From the human T2T-CHM13v2.0 reference genome, Homo sapiens, in NCBI RefSeq assembly GCF_009914755.1, contig NC_060932.1: a stretch of 64,000 bases of DNA; one strand, 5' to 3'. Made by a program: the position numbers and the translations under genes. Positions 15,291 to 32,180 of the stretch are shown here, one piece after another. The stretch's first letter is position 1. Each line of letters begins with the position of its first letter. The notes under the pieces were generated by a model. The model searched no databases. It saw only the letters and a program-made list of their open reading frames with translations, and was not told where the DNA came from.

Positions 15291-16379
15291 ATAAGGTAAC
15301 ATGTGCAAAACACTTCTGTCAGCATCTGGACATGAGCGTTAGCCAATGCTATGATTTTCCAGCAATATCTTTAATGTGGTCATGATTAAAACTACATACA
15401 TGATTAAATGCCTTAACTCAGTTTATATTGCTAAAGCAGTGCCTAGCCCACCGTAAGAGGTTATAAAGGTTGGGGAGGAAATTAAAGGGATTATATCTCT
15501 GAAGACACTTTTTATTTCTATGTATCAGTGTAAGAAATTATGTCTTCCAAATTTGACCCAGCTTTGGGAACTTCATAGACAGGGGGCAGTATCTCCACCT
15601 GTTATTTAGAAAACTTCACATTGTTTTCGAAATAGAAATTTAATATTTCCAGAAATTGTCCTTTATACTGTTATCAGAAAGAGCACTGAATAAAGAGACA
15701 AGAAACCCAGTTCTAATTCTTAGCCCCACCTTTGCCACTTTGGTTCCCTGGATGAATTACGTGTTTAAGTTCCATATTTGATTGATTTTTAAACATCCCA
15801 GGAAGCAACAGCTTCTTGGTACTCAGACCAAGGAACCCACACAAAAGCCACAGAGAAGCCACGCCTCAAAAAACAGACTGGCCCGGCAGGCTCCCTTCCT
15901 TTGCCCCCAGCATGGAGATAGCCATCTGGAGATGGCAGGATCATCTGATTAACAGTCATCTTGCATTTGCTTGTTATTCTCTCCGTGTTTCCTCTTAAGT
16001 CAAAGGTCAGTGATTTCCCCACTTCCTGTCCCTGCAACAGACAGAAGAAGATGAGGAATGCAGATATACCAGGGGTCAGGACACTGGCGCCTGGAGACAA
16101 ATCAGTCTAGGGAGCCAGGACGTGGGTATCCTGAGGCATTTCTTTGTGCTTCCAAACCCTTGGGACCCTTGAGTCTTGGGAAACAAATGGGGCCGCTGAT
16201 GTGAATGGCTGGGAGTAGATCTAACATAATCTCACTTCCCACTGGACGGCCCAGTCCAAGACGAAGCCAGCACTTAGGGGGATACCAAGGGACATTTACT
16301 GCCACAGAGGCTTACTGTATTCCAGGACACAGCTGTGGGTCACAGCACTTAGAGGAGAAGAAAGGTCTGTTGGGGAGGT

Positions 16380-16585
16380 GATGAGTTCAAATCCCAGCTC
16401 TGCTACCAACTCACTCCATGGCCTTAGATGAGCAGCTTTCTAAATTTAAGCTTCCTTGTCTATAAAATCTTAATGAATCCCCTACCCTACCTCACAGGAT
16501 TGTCATAAAGATCATGAGATTACAGGAATGAGAGCAAGCACAGGTCCCAACACACAGTAAGGAGTAAATTCTCAATACGTGTTCC
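16380..16585 (+). mobile_element. MIR
   Basis: gttcaaatcccagctctgctacc..cctacctcacaggattgt. Confidence 0.75.
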
Positions 16586-17051
16586 AGAAGATCTCCAAAG
16601 CAGACATAAATTCTTGCTTCATAGCACTCAACAAGAAACTTCAATGTGTGAGGGGCCCATCAGAGTAAACGGAAGACATATTGTCTTCCTACTCCTCTCA
16701 CAGAATTCTGCTGGGATCAATTATGCAAAAGAAATAAAAGAGATAGAGAGAGACACAGCCTTTGGACCAGTAAATCCCAAACTCTGGAGACTCCAAAAGG
16801 AGCTGAGCTCAGTGGAACATTTCCTCACGTGTTCTGCCTATGTTTTCAGCCATGCAGAGCCCTGGAAATGGGTTCTGGATCATGGGTCTTCTGGAATGTA
16901 TTTGCAGGAAACTTTTTGCCATCAATCTTGAGAATATGCCAAATCACAGAATCTACCCCAGGTCCAGGAGATTCAGGAAAAGAGATCTGATGGGTAAATG
17001 CACTGGCTTTGTCAACTACATTAGTTCTTTGAAGACAAACAATTCTTACAG

Positions 17052-17360
<309 letters not shown>

Positions 17361-18370
17361 TTCTTACACTGATACACAGAAAGGAAAAGCATTTTCAGAG
17401 ACATCTCTTTTACTTTCTGCTTAGCCTTTATTAATTAAGCTCTTCCTATGCCATAGGCACTGCTTTAAGTACTTTAAATGTGTGACCGTATTCAGCATGT
17501 AAATTTAACCTTGTTGGGGATGACCACATAGAGAGGATCTTTCCATAACCCACCCTTTCCCATTGTCAGAGGAAACGGGTAGGATATTCCCTCTTGTCTC
17601 ACATCCTTTGTTGGTTGTTCCACAGTGAGCACCCACCACGTCCCCGCACTTCCCTTGTTGACTGCTTAGCTGTTAGAATAGCTTAGGGAAGATTGATAAA
17701 GCTCCAGTGCTTCAGTCAAGACCCCTGGCCCTTCCCCAACCCTCATAGCCTCACTGCCACAATCTCCCTGAAGACCACCAGGGTTAGTCTTTTTGTGCCC
17801 AGTGGGGGTCACCCTGCAAATCCCCAGACGGACTGTCTTGGCCAGACCCCCATGCCCAGAGGGCCTGCACACCCTGACAGTCTGGCCCAAGGCCCTCTGC
17901 AACTTGCTGTCATTCATCAGGAAAGTACCACTTAATCTAAAACTCTTCCTGAATTTTGCCTTCACTGTCTTGATTGAACTCACGCCTTTTATCTTTGGCT
18001 GCCTATTATAACTGCCTGTAAAGCACTTTAAAAATTAAAAAAAAATTAAAAAAAATCCATCTTCCTCCCCTCCCCAATAATTGAGTAAGGATTTGGGGGC
18101 AGGGGTGGGGGCGGGGGCTGGGTGGAGTTTAAGCATGGTTATTTTTAAAACATTTCAAACAAGAAAGGGGTTGAGTCAAAGCTCTCAGGAGATGTGCAGG
18201 ATCTCCAGAAGAGCCGGAACTCTGGCTAGGCCAGCCAGGCAGCAGAGGGGACCCTCTGTCTTGGGGCAGCCCTGGAAACAGGGGAAGGGGGATGTCTCCA
18301 CTGCCACCTTCAGCAAAAATTGGAGTCTACCCACCACACACTCCCTCAGGGTACTTGCTATCAGTAAGAG

Positions 18371-18372
<2 letters not shown>

Positions 18373-18405
<33 letters not shown>

Positions 18406-18523
18406 GAGACAAAGTCTCCCTACATTATCCAGGCTGGTCTCAAACTCCTGGGCTGAAGTTATCCTCCTGCCTCGGCCTCCCAAAGTGCTGGGATTACAAG
18501 CATAAGCCAGCACACCCAGGCTG
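18373..18523 (-). mobile_element. FLAM / Alu left monomer
   Basis: Poly(T) followed by a single monomer. Confidence 0.85.
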
Positions 18524-18753
18524 GCTCACATGATTGTGGAAGCTGACAAATCCAAAATCTTCAGCATAGGCTGCCAAGCTGGAGACCTGGGAAAAAGATA
18601 ATATTGCAGCTTCAGTCCAAAGGCAGTCAGCTGGCAGGATTTTTCTCTTTCTTGGAGGAGATCAGTCTTTCATTCTTAAGGCCTTCAACTAATTAGATGA
18701 AGCCCACTCAACCACATTATAGAGGTTCATTTGCTCTACTCAAAATCTACCAA
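18524..18753 (-). mobile_element. MLT2-family (ERVL) LTR fragment
   Basis: gctcacatgattgtggaagctgacaaatccaaaatct..aggccttcaactaattagatgaagcccac. Confidence 0.75.
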
Positions 18754-19048
18754 TTTTTTTTTTTTTTGAGACAGGGTCTTGCTCTTTCACCCATGCTCGT
18801 GTGCAGTGGCACAATTTTGGCTCACTGTAACCTCCGCCTCCTGGGTTCAAGAGATTCTTGTGCCTCAGCCTCCAGGGTAACTGAGACTACAGGTGCCCGC
18901 CACCTTGCCCAGCTAATTTTTGTATTTTAGTAGAGATAGAGTTTTACCATGTTGTCCAGGGTGGTCTCAAACTCCTGAACTCAGGCAATTTGTCCACCTT
19001 GGCCTCCCAAAGTGCTAGAATTATAAGCATGAGCCACCGCGCCCGGCC
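18754..19048 (-). mobile_element. Alu (J/S)
   Basis: Reverse-complement dimer. Confidence 0.94.
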
Positions 19049-19054
19049 TAAAAT

Positions 19055-19740
19055 TGCCTTTTTAATTGATGTACAATTGTATGAGTTTTAATACATGAAT
19101 GCAGAACTGTTCCCTCACCCCAAATTACCCTCTCAAGCTACCTCTTCATAGTGAAATACTCAATTCCCCTGCAACCCTGGGCAGCCATTGGTCTGTTCTC
19201 CATCACTGTAATTTTGTCTATTGGCAATGGGATGTAAATAGAATCATGAAGCATGCGGCATTCTGAGACTGGATTCTTGCATTCAGCGTAATGTACTTGA
19301 GATCATTCCAAGCTGCTGTGTGGATCAAGGGTTTGTTCCTTTCTACTGCCAAGTATTGTTCTTTTGTGTGGATGCACCAGTTTATTTATCCATTCATCTG
19401 TTGAAGGACTTTGGAGAATCTCCCATGATACCACTAAGCCAGCAGTGCTGATTGTGGACGAACATTTGGGTTACTTCTGGTCTTTAGTTATTTATAATAG
19501 AACTCTCAGGTCCATGCTGTAGGGTGAAATTGTTTGGCCAAGTGGTAAGAAACTACCAAACTGCCAAACTGTTTCCCAAAGTGGCTGCACTGTTTTGCAA
19601 TCCCAGTAACCATGTGTGGCCATTCTAGTCGTTCCAAATATTTATCAGAACTTGGTATTGTCGGTATTTTTTCATTTTATCCATACTCACAGGTGTGTCT
19701 TATTGTGGTTTAATTTGCATTTCTCATTGGTATTTTTTAA
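19055..19740 (-). mobile_element. L1MC-like 3' fragment
   Basis: aaccctgggcagccattggtctgttctccatc..gagactggattctt..tttcccaaagtggctgcac. Confidence 0.8.
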
Positions 19741-22044
<2,304 letters not shown>

Positions 22045-23009
22045 ATCTTCCCTTACCTAGCCATTTTAGGATAGTTTTTCTTTCTAACGCTTCCCTGAAT
22101 TTCATCTGAGCTGAGTTTCATCCAGATGATAACTCCTAGAGGGCCCCATATGATGTATTTTTCCTAACCAAATCTTCTAGTGATAACTCTGAGACCCTGA
22201 GGCTCTCTAAGGATGCTCCCACTCTAAATTAGTTTACAATGGCATCACTTCAGGGGAGAATCCTATTTGGAAAAGTCATATGAGTGGAAATTAACCACAA
22301 ATGGAATCTCTTGGGGCAATGGATTCACACACATTTGCACATAAACAATTTAGTCTTTTTGGTAAATATTATATTTTGTCTCCAAGCCAAAGTTATGTTC
22401 TATTTGTCTTCTGGAACATGTCTTTTGGCTTTTAAAATGTCTTAAATAAAAACCACAGAAGTTCATCTCCATAGGGATTCTTACAGAAATTAGTTGTCCA
22501 GTTCCATTTTTGAAACTAGGTCATCCACAATTTTGAAACGACTCAACACAAATCGTAATAAAACAGAACCAAAAACGCATGTGTTCACATAACAAAGAAA
22601 TTTATACTTTTAGGATATCATTTTATAAAATGTTAGTTATATTGATTTTTTAAATTTTCAAAGTCCTAAAATTTTATTTACTCATAATTATTTTAATAAA
22701 TACAGAAGAAAAAAATTACCTACCTGCAAACATGTTCTGTGTAGGTAACAACTCCATAACTCAACTGGTGCTATCATTTTGGTATATTTCTATATAGAGT
22801 TATATTCTATAAATTTAGTCCATCTTTGAACTTTGCTTTGACTCCATCCCTAAAGGAGCTAATCCACAAATATAATCACCGCACTTCAGAGGGGCAGGCA
22901 GGCAGCAGGCAGCAGATGTTCATGGAGTACTCACCACTCTCTAGGCTACACAACACCTATGAAGAATACCTCGCATCCTAAGAAGGAAAGGCAGACAATG
23001 ACGAACAGC

Positions 23010-23190
23010 CAACACTCATGGGTCTTCTTACTGGGTGCAAGACTCTAAGTACTTTCTGTATATCGACTCATTTAATTCTCATATGACTCTATGAGATGCA
23101 TGCTGTTATTTCCCCCATTTTATAGATGTGAAAACTGAGGCTTAGCAAGTTTAAGGGATCCAATGTCACACAGTTAGACTTACTCCCAAG
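23010..23190 (-). mobile_element. MIR
   Basis: cccattttatagatgtgaaaactgaggctt. Confidence 0.8.
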
Positions 23191-23279
23191 TCTACTCTTT
23201 TACTTACCGTGGGATGCACAGGAACAAACGCACAAGTTATTTTTAAGAAATGAAATGATATTCTAAAGAGTAACTGGAA

Positions 23280-23880
23280 TTGATGCTTTAATGATGTTAG
23301 AGAAGGGTCCCTGAGAAGCTGCCATCTGAATAGAGAAGGCAGCCACCTGAAAACCTGGGGAGAGATATGTGGTTGAAGAGTGCAAAGGCCCCAAGATGGA
23401 AAGAGCTTGTTTGGGGAAGAAGAAGGGAGCCAGTGAGTCTGGGAAGAGTGAAGCAGGTGGCTTAACGTGAGTTGGGATGGGCAGGTGGGGGCAGGCTTCA
23501 CAGGGCCTTGTAGGCCTTGCAAAGAATTTTGGATTTTATGCTGGTTATAATTGGAAGTCATTAAAAGGCTTAAACAGTGGAATGCTGTAATCCAACTTAT
23601 GCATTAGAAAGGTCACTCTGTAAAGGGTGGATTATTATAACGGTCAAGAGTGGAAGCAGAAAAATAAATGAAGGAGCTACTGGGTTAATTTATGTGACAA
23701 ATGACCATGGCAGATTGAACTAAGTATACGGCAGCAGAAATGGGGAAAGTGGTCAAGCTCAGGATGTATTTTGAAATGGATTTACTGATACATTGGAATG
23801 TGTGTTAGCCAAGCCCCAGGACCTGGGCCTAAGCAGCTAGGTGGCTAGTAGTGAAGACAATTATTGAGAGGGGGTAGGGT
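23280..23880 (-). mobile_element. L2 fragment
   Basis: gtgcaaaggccc..agggccttgtaggcc..tttggattttat..aggtcactctg. Confidence 0.75.
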
Positions 23881-24103
23881 TGATTGGGAGTGAACCACAT
23901 TATTTAATTCTTGCTGTTTTGGGGCTTACTAAAAAAGACGTCCTATTTTATATAGTTTGAGAACTTGCTTCTTTTTTCCTCTGTAACATTATGTTATGAA
24001 GAGGAATTCATATTGTTGCACTTAGCTACATTTCATCACTTTTATTACTGCATAATATTCTATCATATCCACAAAATGTATTTATACATTCTCCTCTCAT
24101 GGA

Positions 24104-24626
24104 TGTGGAAAAGTGGAATGACAGCTCCTCTGGAGAAGTCATGCCCTTGTCCCTGGAGCCTGGGAATATGGGAGCTGGGAAAATCCAGCATGTAGGCCAG
24201 TGCATTTCAAAGAGAAGTTAACATTGCAGAGGGAATTAAAGTTGATAATCAGCTGACCTTGGAATGGGTTAATTATTCTGGATCATCCAAGTGGGCCCAA
24301 TATAATTATAAGAGCCATCGTGGAAGAGGAAGGCAGAATCATCTGTGTCAGAGGGATGCAGGATGACCAAGACTGGACCAGCCATCGCTGGTTTTAAAGA
24401 TGGAAGTGGCCCTGAGCTGAGGAACATGGGTGGCCTCTATAAGTCAGAAAAAGAGAGGAAACAGATTCCCTCCCATGGAGCCTTCACACGTGGCTCTGCC
24501 AACACCTTGATATTAGCTAAGTGAGATCCCCTTTGGACTTCTAGAACTGTAAGATAACACATTTGTGCCGTATCAAGTAGCCATATTTGTGGTCATTTGT
24601 TGTACCAACAATAGGAAACTAATACA
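24104..24626 (+). mobile_element. MLT1D-like LTR
   Basis: tgtgg...aataggaaactaataca termini; ttgcagagggaattaaagttgataatcagctgacctt. Confidence 0.85.
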
Positions 24627-24861
24627 AAGGGCATTTCGATGTTTCCATTTTTTAATGACTACAGGCAGTGCAGCTATAAACATTTTTGGCATATCTTCTG
24701 ATTTATATGTGCAAGAGTTTCTCTTGGCTGTATACCTAGGAATGGAATGGCCGAGTCCTTGGGTACGTGAAAGTTCAGTTCTATAGGACAATGCCAAATT
24801 GTTCTCCAAAGTGGTTGAACCCATTTACCTCCTCACCAGCAATGTATAGGAGCTCTGATTG

Positions 24862-25228
<367 letters not shown>

Positions 25229-25424
25229 TCAAATAAGTGTAAAATTATATTTAACCCCAACCCTGACAGAGAATATATGGACTGCAAAGCTTAAAGTATT
25301 GATTGCTATTAAGGAGGGCATTTTTATATGTTTACTGAACAAAAATCTTCCTTTCCTGTGAAATGCAGGTTTATGATTTTTACATGTTTTCCTATTGTTT
25401 GTCATTTTCTTATGAATTAGTTGA

Positions 25425-25735
<311 letters not shown>

Positions 25736-25837
25736 GTATCTTTTATATTCCTGATATTAGCGAATCCTTTGACTACTGGATGTGTTAAAAAATGTCTTCT
25801 CCCAGTGTGTATCTTGTTTTTTCACTTTGTTGAAAGC

Positions 25838-26022
25838 AGAAGTCTGCAAACTACAACTAGCTGGTCAAATCTAATCCATGGCCTGTTTCTGTATGGCGTT
25901 TAGGTAAGGATAGTTTTTATGCTTTTAAACAGTTGTAAAAACAAAACCACTACAACAAAAAGAAGATAAGACAGAGACCAAGTGGCCTGAGAAGCCTAAA
26001 ACTGTTGCCATCAGATCCTTTT
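25838..26022 (+). mobile_element. MER58-family (hAT-Charlie) fragment
   Basis: gcaaactac..ggtcaaatct..gcctgttt..gacagagacc..aagcctaaaa. Confidence 0.7.
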
Positions 26023-26650
26023 CCCGCTTTAAATTGTGTTGATGAACATACTTCTTAATTTGGTTAAACTTTCAGTTGTTAAGTGTCTTGTTCAAGAAAT
26101 CCTTTGCTCTATGAAAGGAAAGATGTTGACCTATATTTTCTACTAAAACCTTTAAAGATTTCCTACTGGCATGTAAGTTCTTAAATCACTTTAAGTTTCA
26201 TTTTGTGTATAACATAAGGTAGAGATGCAATTCTATGCTCGCTCACCACCACTGAATAATTATTTAATTTTAGCTGCATTTATTTGCCTCTGATATTTCA
26301 TCCCCTCCTGTCATATATCAGCTTTCTGTATTGGCCCTATTGCATGACCTTCTGTCCCATCATTCAGTTTGTCTATCTCCTATCTCTGTCCCAGTATTAC
26401 TTCTGGGACAGAAGTATTATTATGAAACTTTCTTACTTTAGTTTCATAATAAGTTCTGATACCTAGTAGGATAAGTCCCCCTCCTTATTCTTCTTATTCA
26501 GAAGCATCTCAAATATTGTTGGCCATGCCTCCCTGTTTTAACTTTCAAATCAGTTTGTCAAGGCCCATGAAAATCTCATTGGGAATTTTCACTGTAGTTG
26601 CATCCAACCTAGAGTCTGTAAGTCTATCTAAAGAGAATTAGCATCTTTAT

Positions 26651-27081
26651 TGTATTAGGGTTCTCTAGAGGGACAGAACTAATAGGAGATTTTATATATA
26701 TATATATATATATGTAAAGGGGAGTTTATTAAGTATTAACTCCCCCAATTACAAGGTCCCACAATAGGCTGTCTGCAAGCTGAGGAGCAAGGGGAGCCAG
26801 TCTGAGCCCCAAAACTGAAGAACTTGGAGCCCGATGTTCGACGGCAGGAAGCATCCAGCAAGGGAGATAGATTTAGGCTGGGAGCCTAGGCCTGTCTCTC
26901 CTTTTCACATTTTTCTGCCAGCTGATTAGATTGTGTCCACCAGATTAAGGGTGGATCTGCCTTCCCCAGCCCACTGACTCAAATGTTCATCTCTTTTGGC
27001 AACACCCTCACAGACACACCCGGGATCAATACTTTGTATCCTTCCATCCGATCAAGTTGACACTGCGTATTAACCATCACA
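26651..27081 (-). mobile_element. MLT2A1/A2 (HERV-L) solo LTR
   Basis: tgtattagggttctctagagggacagaactaatagg...attaaccatcaca, internal (TA)n, perfect 5-bp TSD tttat. Confidence 0.92.
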
Positions 27082-28128
27082 TTTATGATATTAAATACTC
27101 CTATCTCTGAAGACTGAAAAATCTCTCTATAACATAGATCTTCTTTAGTGATTTATTTTGGTCTTTAATATTCCCCCAGCCTTGGGTCTTCTCAAGCTGG
27201 CCCTGAAAATGGCTTTCAGGGTGGAAATCCTTTTTGCAGTTTATTCAGTTTTCTCTCCTTCCCACTCATCACAAGGGTTTAAAGCCTTTCCAGGTGGCTC
27301 AGACATCTTGCTCTTTTCAGTATCATTCTAAACAACAAATATTTGATAGGTACCTGTTTTTATAATACACTGTTATGGGTAATACCCAAAGGCCCAGTGC
27401 ACAGTCCCTTCTTTTAAGGAGTTTTCAGTCTAATTGCAGAAAAAAGACCTGTGAAAAAATCACTAACAATTCAAGATACTAGGTACTAAAATTTTTTTTA
27501 AAAAATCAGCTGTAAAGAAATGGCACATCAATTTCAAATCATTCTGATTTTGTGCCACAAAATGAAACTTTTTGCTCTTTATAAGGCCTTTGGTGTAAAT
27601 AAACTCATTCCAAAGCAAATAAAAAAAATTCAGTTTTAGCTTAGGGGCAACAAGGTCATCTCAAAATTTCAAATATAATTCCTCAGGCTCAGCCTGGGAT
27701 CACTATAGTTATAGCAACCTACCAGGACTGGTATTTCTAGTGATGCCCCTTAATCATTATGAAAAAGTCAGACTCTGCTCAGTATAGTCTGTACACAAGG
27801 CTGCCAAAATGTATTTTATATTGATTTCTATCCTAAAACAACAAGAATGAGTTCAGATGTTGGTGCTCAAAGGCATAGACTCTCAACTATTAAAATACAA
27901 AATAGCCCTGAGAAATAACTAATTCCCCAATGGTTTTGAATATCTAAAATTCAACTACACTTTGAAGTTGGGGCAAAAAGCCACAAAAGATACCTTGGGG
28001 GGAAATGGAAGGGTGTTTCCTCCAGTCTAGGTAACCCTGAAAAAGCTTAGCTTGTAGCCTCTTTCCTATGTCTGGTGGACACGTGTGGGTTCAAGGCACT
28101 GCTTCCTCTTTTCTCCCTAAATTATTTT

Positions 28129-28466
<338 letters not shown>

Positions 28467-28919
28467 TCATTTTTCACTTTTTTCTTTTAAGACAAGTGAC
28501 AGCATGACTCATGCAACTACTTCCTCCTCCCACATTGTCTTAGAAAAGGGTTTCTAGTGGAGAAAAAATAATGATTTAGTGGCAAATCAGAATTTGCTTG
28601 CCGACTTGCAAGACTCCCCCTTCTCCTTTTTATTCCATGTTTTTCTTCTAAAACAGGAAGAGTTGGGTAGAATCTATGTAAGCTTCTAGGTTCTGGTTTA
28701 TGTCCACCCTCAGTAACCTTCATTTCTTGGTACTTAAAGAACGGAGTTTCATCCAGTGGTATATTTATCAATGGCAGCCTTAATTAAGATGTGGATATCC
28801 TAGCATTCATAAAATATTTTTGTTTTCTAATTGCTGAAAGTGAATAATTATTGGAAGACTACAAAAGAAAGAAATACATATTTAAAAAAAGAAATGTTAC
28901 AAGTTCAGAGATGTTACTC

Positions 28920-29050
28920 TATGACTAAGGGGAAGACACTTAAACTCAGTGAGCCTCAGTCTCCTTATCTGTTAAACAGGAATAAAGAGTATATATTTTA
29001 CTTACCTCAGTGGCTTGTTTTGAGAGTGAAGTGAGATAAAGCAATGTTTT
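28920..29050 (+). mobile_element. MIR fragment
   Basis: cacttaaactcagtgagcctcagtctccttatctgt. Confidence 0.65.
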
Positions 29051-29437
29051 GTAAGGTGGGTTAATTATAAGATTTCCTTGAGTTGCCTGTTTAAAAAAAT
29101 GTAAATTTTCTAGATTTCTATGCTCTCCAGAGAATTGGGTAATTCTTCTCACAGGTGAGTTTGGGAAACGTGAAATAACAGAAGGAGATCACAGAAATAC
29201 AAGATGCTTACTTTTCTGATAGTATCTTACAAGTATACACAAATTTTCTTGTAAAATTATTTTTCATATTTGTCCTTTGTCAGTCTTTCCAGGGTAGAGA
29301 CTGTTTTGCTGCTATCATTGTTTTTTCAGACCTTGGTTCTGATCTCAATTCTCCTACTAAGTAGTTGGTAATTGCGTGACTCAGTTCTCAGGGCCCACTT
29401 ATTTGCAGGGTAACTGGAAGCCTTCCATTTTTTTCAA

Positions 29438-29573
29438 CTTTTTTTTTTTTTTTTTTTTTTGAGATGAGGTCTCACTGTGTTCCCAGGCTGGTCTTGAAGT
29501 CCTGGGTTCAAGCAATCCTCCCACCTCAGCCTCGCGAGCAGCTGAGATTACAGGTGCAAACCAACTCACCTGG
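29438..29573 (-). mobile_element. FLAM
   Basis: Poly(T) followed by a monomer. Confidence 0.85.
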
Positions 29574-29989
29574 TTGGCTTCCCTTTCTGATATTCTCTTT
29601 CTTCCCTTGACAATTTTCCTTTCAATTTTCCATCTGTAAATGCCTAATATGGTGAAGTATTTGATCATTTCAGAATTTAACACATCTATATTTAATAAGA
29701 AGTCATAGTCCATGCCCATATCATTTGAAAATTTATGATTTTTATAACTCTACAGCAGTATCATAGGGAAAGCAAAGGAGTTAAAAAACAGTCAACAATG
29801 TAATTGGCTGATAGAGCTATGTGGATAATAACATGTGAGCTCACAAAATGTCACTTGACAATTAACAATGAGAGATATGAGTGACATGTGCTGTGAAGGC
29901 AGATAATAAGAAGGCTTTCTTATTAATATTAATGATAAAAGTTTTATTATTTTTAAATTTAAAAGAGCAAAACATATATTTTAAAACCT

Positions 29990-30137
29990 AATGGTATTTA
30001 TATATTAAATGTAATATATAACATTACATATACTATAATATGTAATGTTACATATTATATAATATATAACGTTACATATTATATAATATATAATATATAT
30101 TAGCTAATATTACATGTATACGTATTATATATATTTT
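29990..30137. repeat. AT-rich low-complexity / degenerate TA tandem repeat
   Basis: Repeats of taatatataac(g/a)ttacatattata. Confidence 0.85.
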
Positions 30138-30249
30138 CAGAAGCCAATTTAGTGAATTCTGCATGTCATTTTCCAGAACTATCTTATCCACAGACGTGCA
30201 CACAGAGACAAACACAGCCACACACACACACCCATTGCACCAACATGGT

Positions 30250-31930
30250 TTTACAACTTACTTTTTCTCTCCTAATACACCTAGGAACTCAATCCAATCC
30301 ATTTCGACCCATACAAATCGGCAGCATCGCATTTCATGTCCAAAGAGTGTTCAATCAATTGCACAATCATTTACTTTACCATTTCTCATATTTATGGACA
30401 TTTGAAGGCTTTCGGGTTTTTGCTATTAACTAATTACTAAACAATACTCCAGTGAATATCTTTGCACATCCCTCTTTGCACATTTCATGCGGGTGTACCT
30501 GTAGGATATATTCCTGGGCAAGGAATAACTGGATATGTGCATTTATAATTTTGAAAGTTATTGGCAAACTGTTCTGTCTTTAATTTGTAGCAATGTAAGG
30601 GTATACTACTTCTGTACATTTATAAAAGCTTTATTAATAACCTTTTGACCTTTGACATTTTGATAGATAAAAACAGAGACTTATTTTTATTTGTTTCTTA
30701 TAACAAGGCTAACTTTGAAAACCTCAGATATTTACTTTCTTATTTTCTGGAGTTCTTGACTTTTTTTTCCCATTTAATTGGATCCTATTTGATTTTCTAT
30801 TGCTTTTTTCTATTTGATTTGATTCTCATTCATAAACTCTTTATAAAAATTAACCCTTTGTTGGATCACATGTCTTATAATACCGTTGTTAATTATTTTT
30901 GTCTTTAGCTTTGTTATAGTGTTGATAGGGTTTGGCTGTGTCCCCACCCAAATCTCATCTTGAATTGCAGCTCCCATAATTCCCACGTGTTGTGGGAGGG
31001 ACCCAGTGGGAGTTAATTGAATCATGGGGGCGGTTTCACCCATACTTTTCTTGTGGTAGTGAATAAGTCTCACGAGATCTGATGGTTTTATAAGGGGAAA
31101 CCTCTTTCACTTGATTCTCATTTTCTCTCTTGCCCCTGCCATGTAAGAAGTGCCTTTCACCTTCCATCATGATTGTGAGGCCTTCCCAGCTACATGGAAC
31201 TGTGAGTACATTAAACCTCTTTTCCTTCATAAATTACCCATTCTCGGGTATGTCTTTATCAGCAGCATGAAAATGGACTAATACAGGTGGTTTTTGTGAA
31301 GCACACATTTTTATTCAATAAAATTACTAATATTTTTCTCTCATGACTCTTGGGTTTTGCCTCTTATTTTAAAACTCCTAACAAAATGATACAATTTACT
31401 ATTACATACCTGTTGGAGTTTTTATGTTAATACTTATGAACTACTTGGGAAATACTTTAATGTAAGAAGGTAGGGATTTATGTTTTCCAAAGGGCTACCT
31501 TGTTGTTCCCCAACCATTTACTGAATAATCCATCATTTATCCAGTGACTTGAAATGCCTTATTTATTATATATTATATATAAGACTCACACATGCATTAG
31601 GTCATATTTATAGAATATTTATTTTGTTTTGTTTATGCATCTGTAATTAAGCATCATACCATAATTTAAAAATAACTATATCTTTATAGTATATTTGAAT
31701 AACTGGTAGGATTTGTACCTTAATACTCTTCAAAATATTTTCAGTTATTCTTACGTGTTTACTTTCTATAAAAAAAGTTTAGAAGAAACTAGTCTAGCTA
31801 TTAAAAACACTTCTTTTGACATTTTTACTGGGATGATACTAAATTATAGATTATTTTAAAGAGATCTGATCTTTTTACAATATCAAGTTTTTCTTTGCAA
31901 ATTATATCTTTCAATTTATTCAAATCTTCC
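30250..31930 (-). mobile_element. Ancient L1 (L1ME-like) fragment, interrupted by THE1B
   Basis: tggacatttgaagg..tttgctatta..gtgaatatctttgcacat..tgtaggatatattcct..ccatttactgaataatcc. Confidence 0.7.
30923..31285 (+). mobile_element. THE1B-type MaLR solo LTR
   Basis: tgatagggtttggctgtgtccccacccaaatctcatcttgaattg...ggactaataca. Confidence 0.92.
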
Positions 31931-32180
31931 TTGGGTAGCTGGAGAGGAGAGAAAAGAATATGTAAAGAAAGTAGGATGAGAAGATGAAAGAGCTGTGAAA
32001 GAAATTCCCTGGGAACTCTGGACAGATCTATTTTTTGGAGTCAAAGAAAGAGTAGACAACAGCGGGGATGAGGCTTCTGGGAAGAGTCAGGTTATTGAAG
32101 ACTTTTGAATGCCAGGCTAAAGAACATGGATCTCATTCAAGCAGGTGAAAGGCTTGCTTTAGGAAGTTTCTTAAGAGCTG

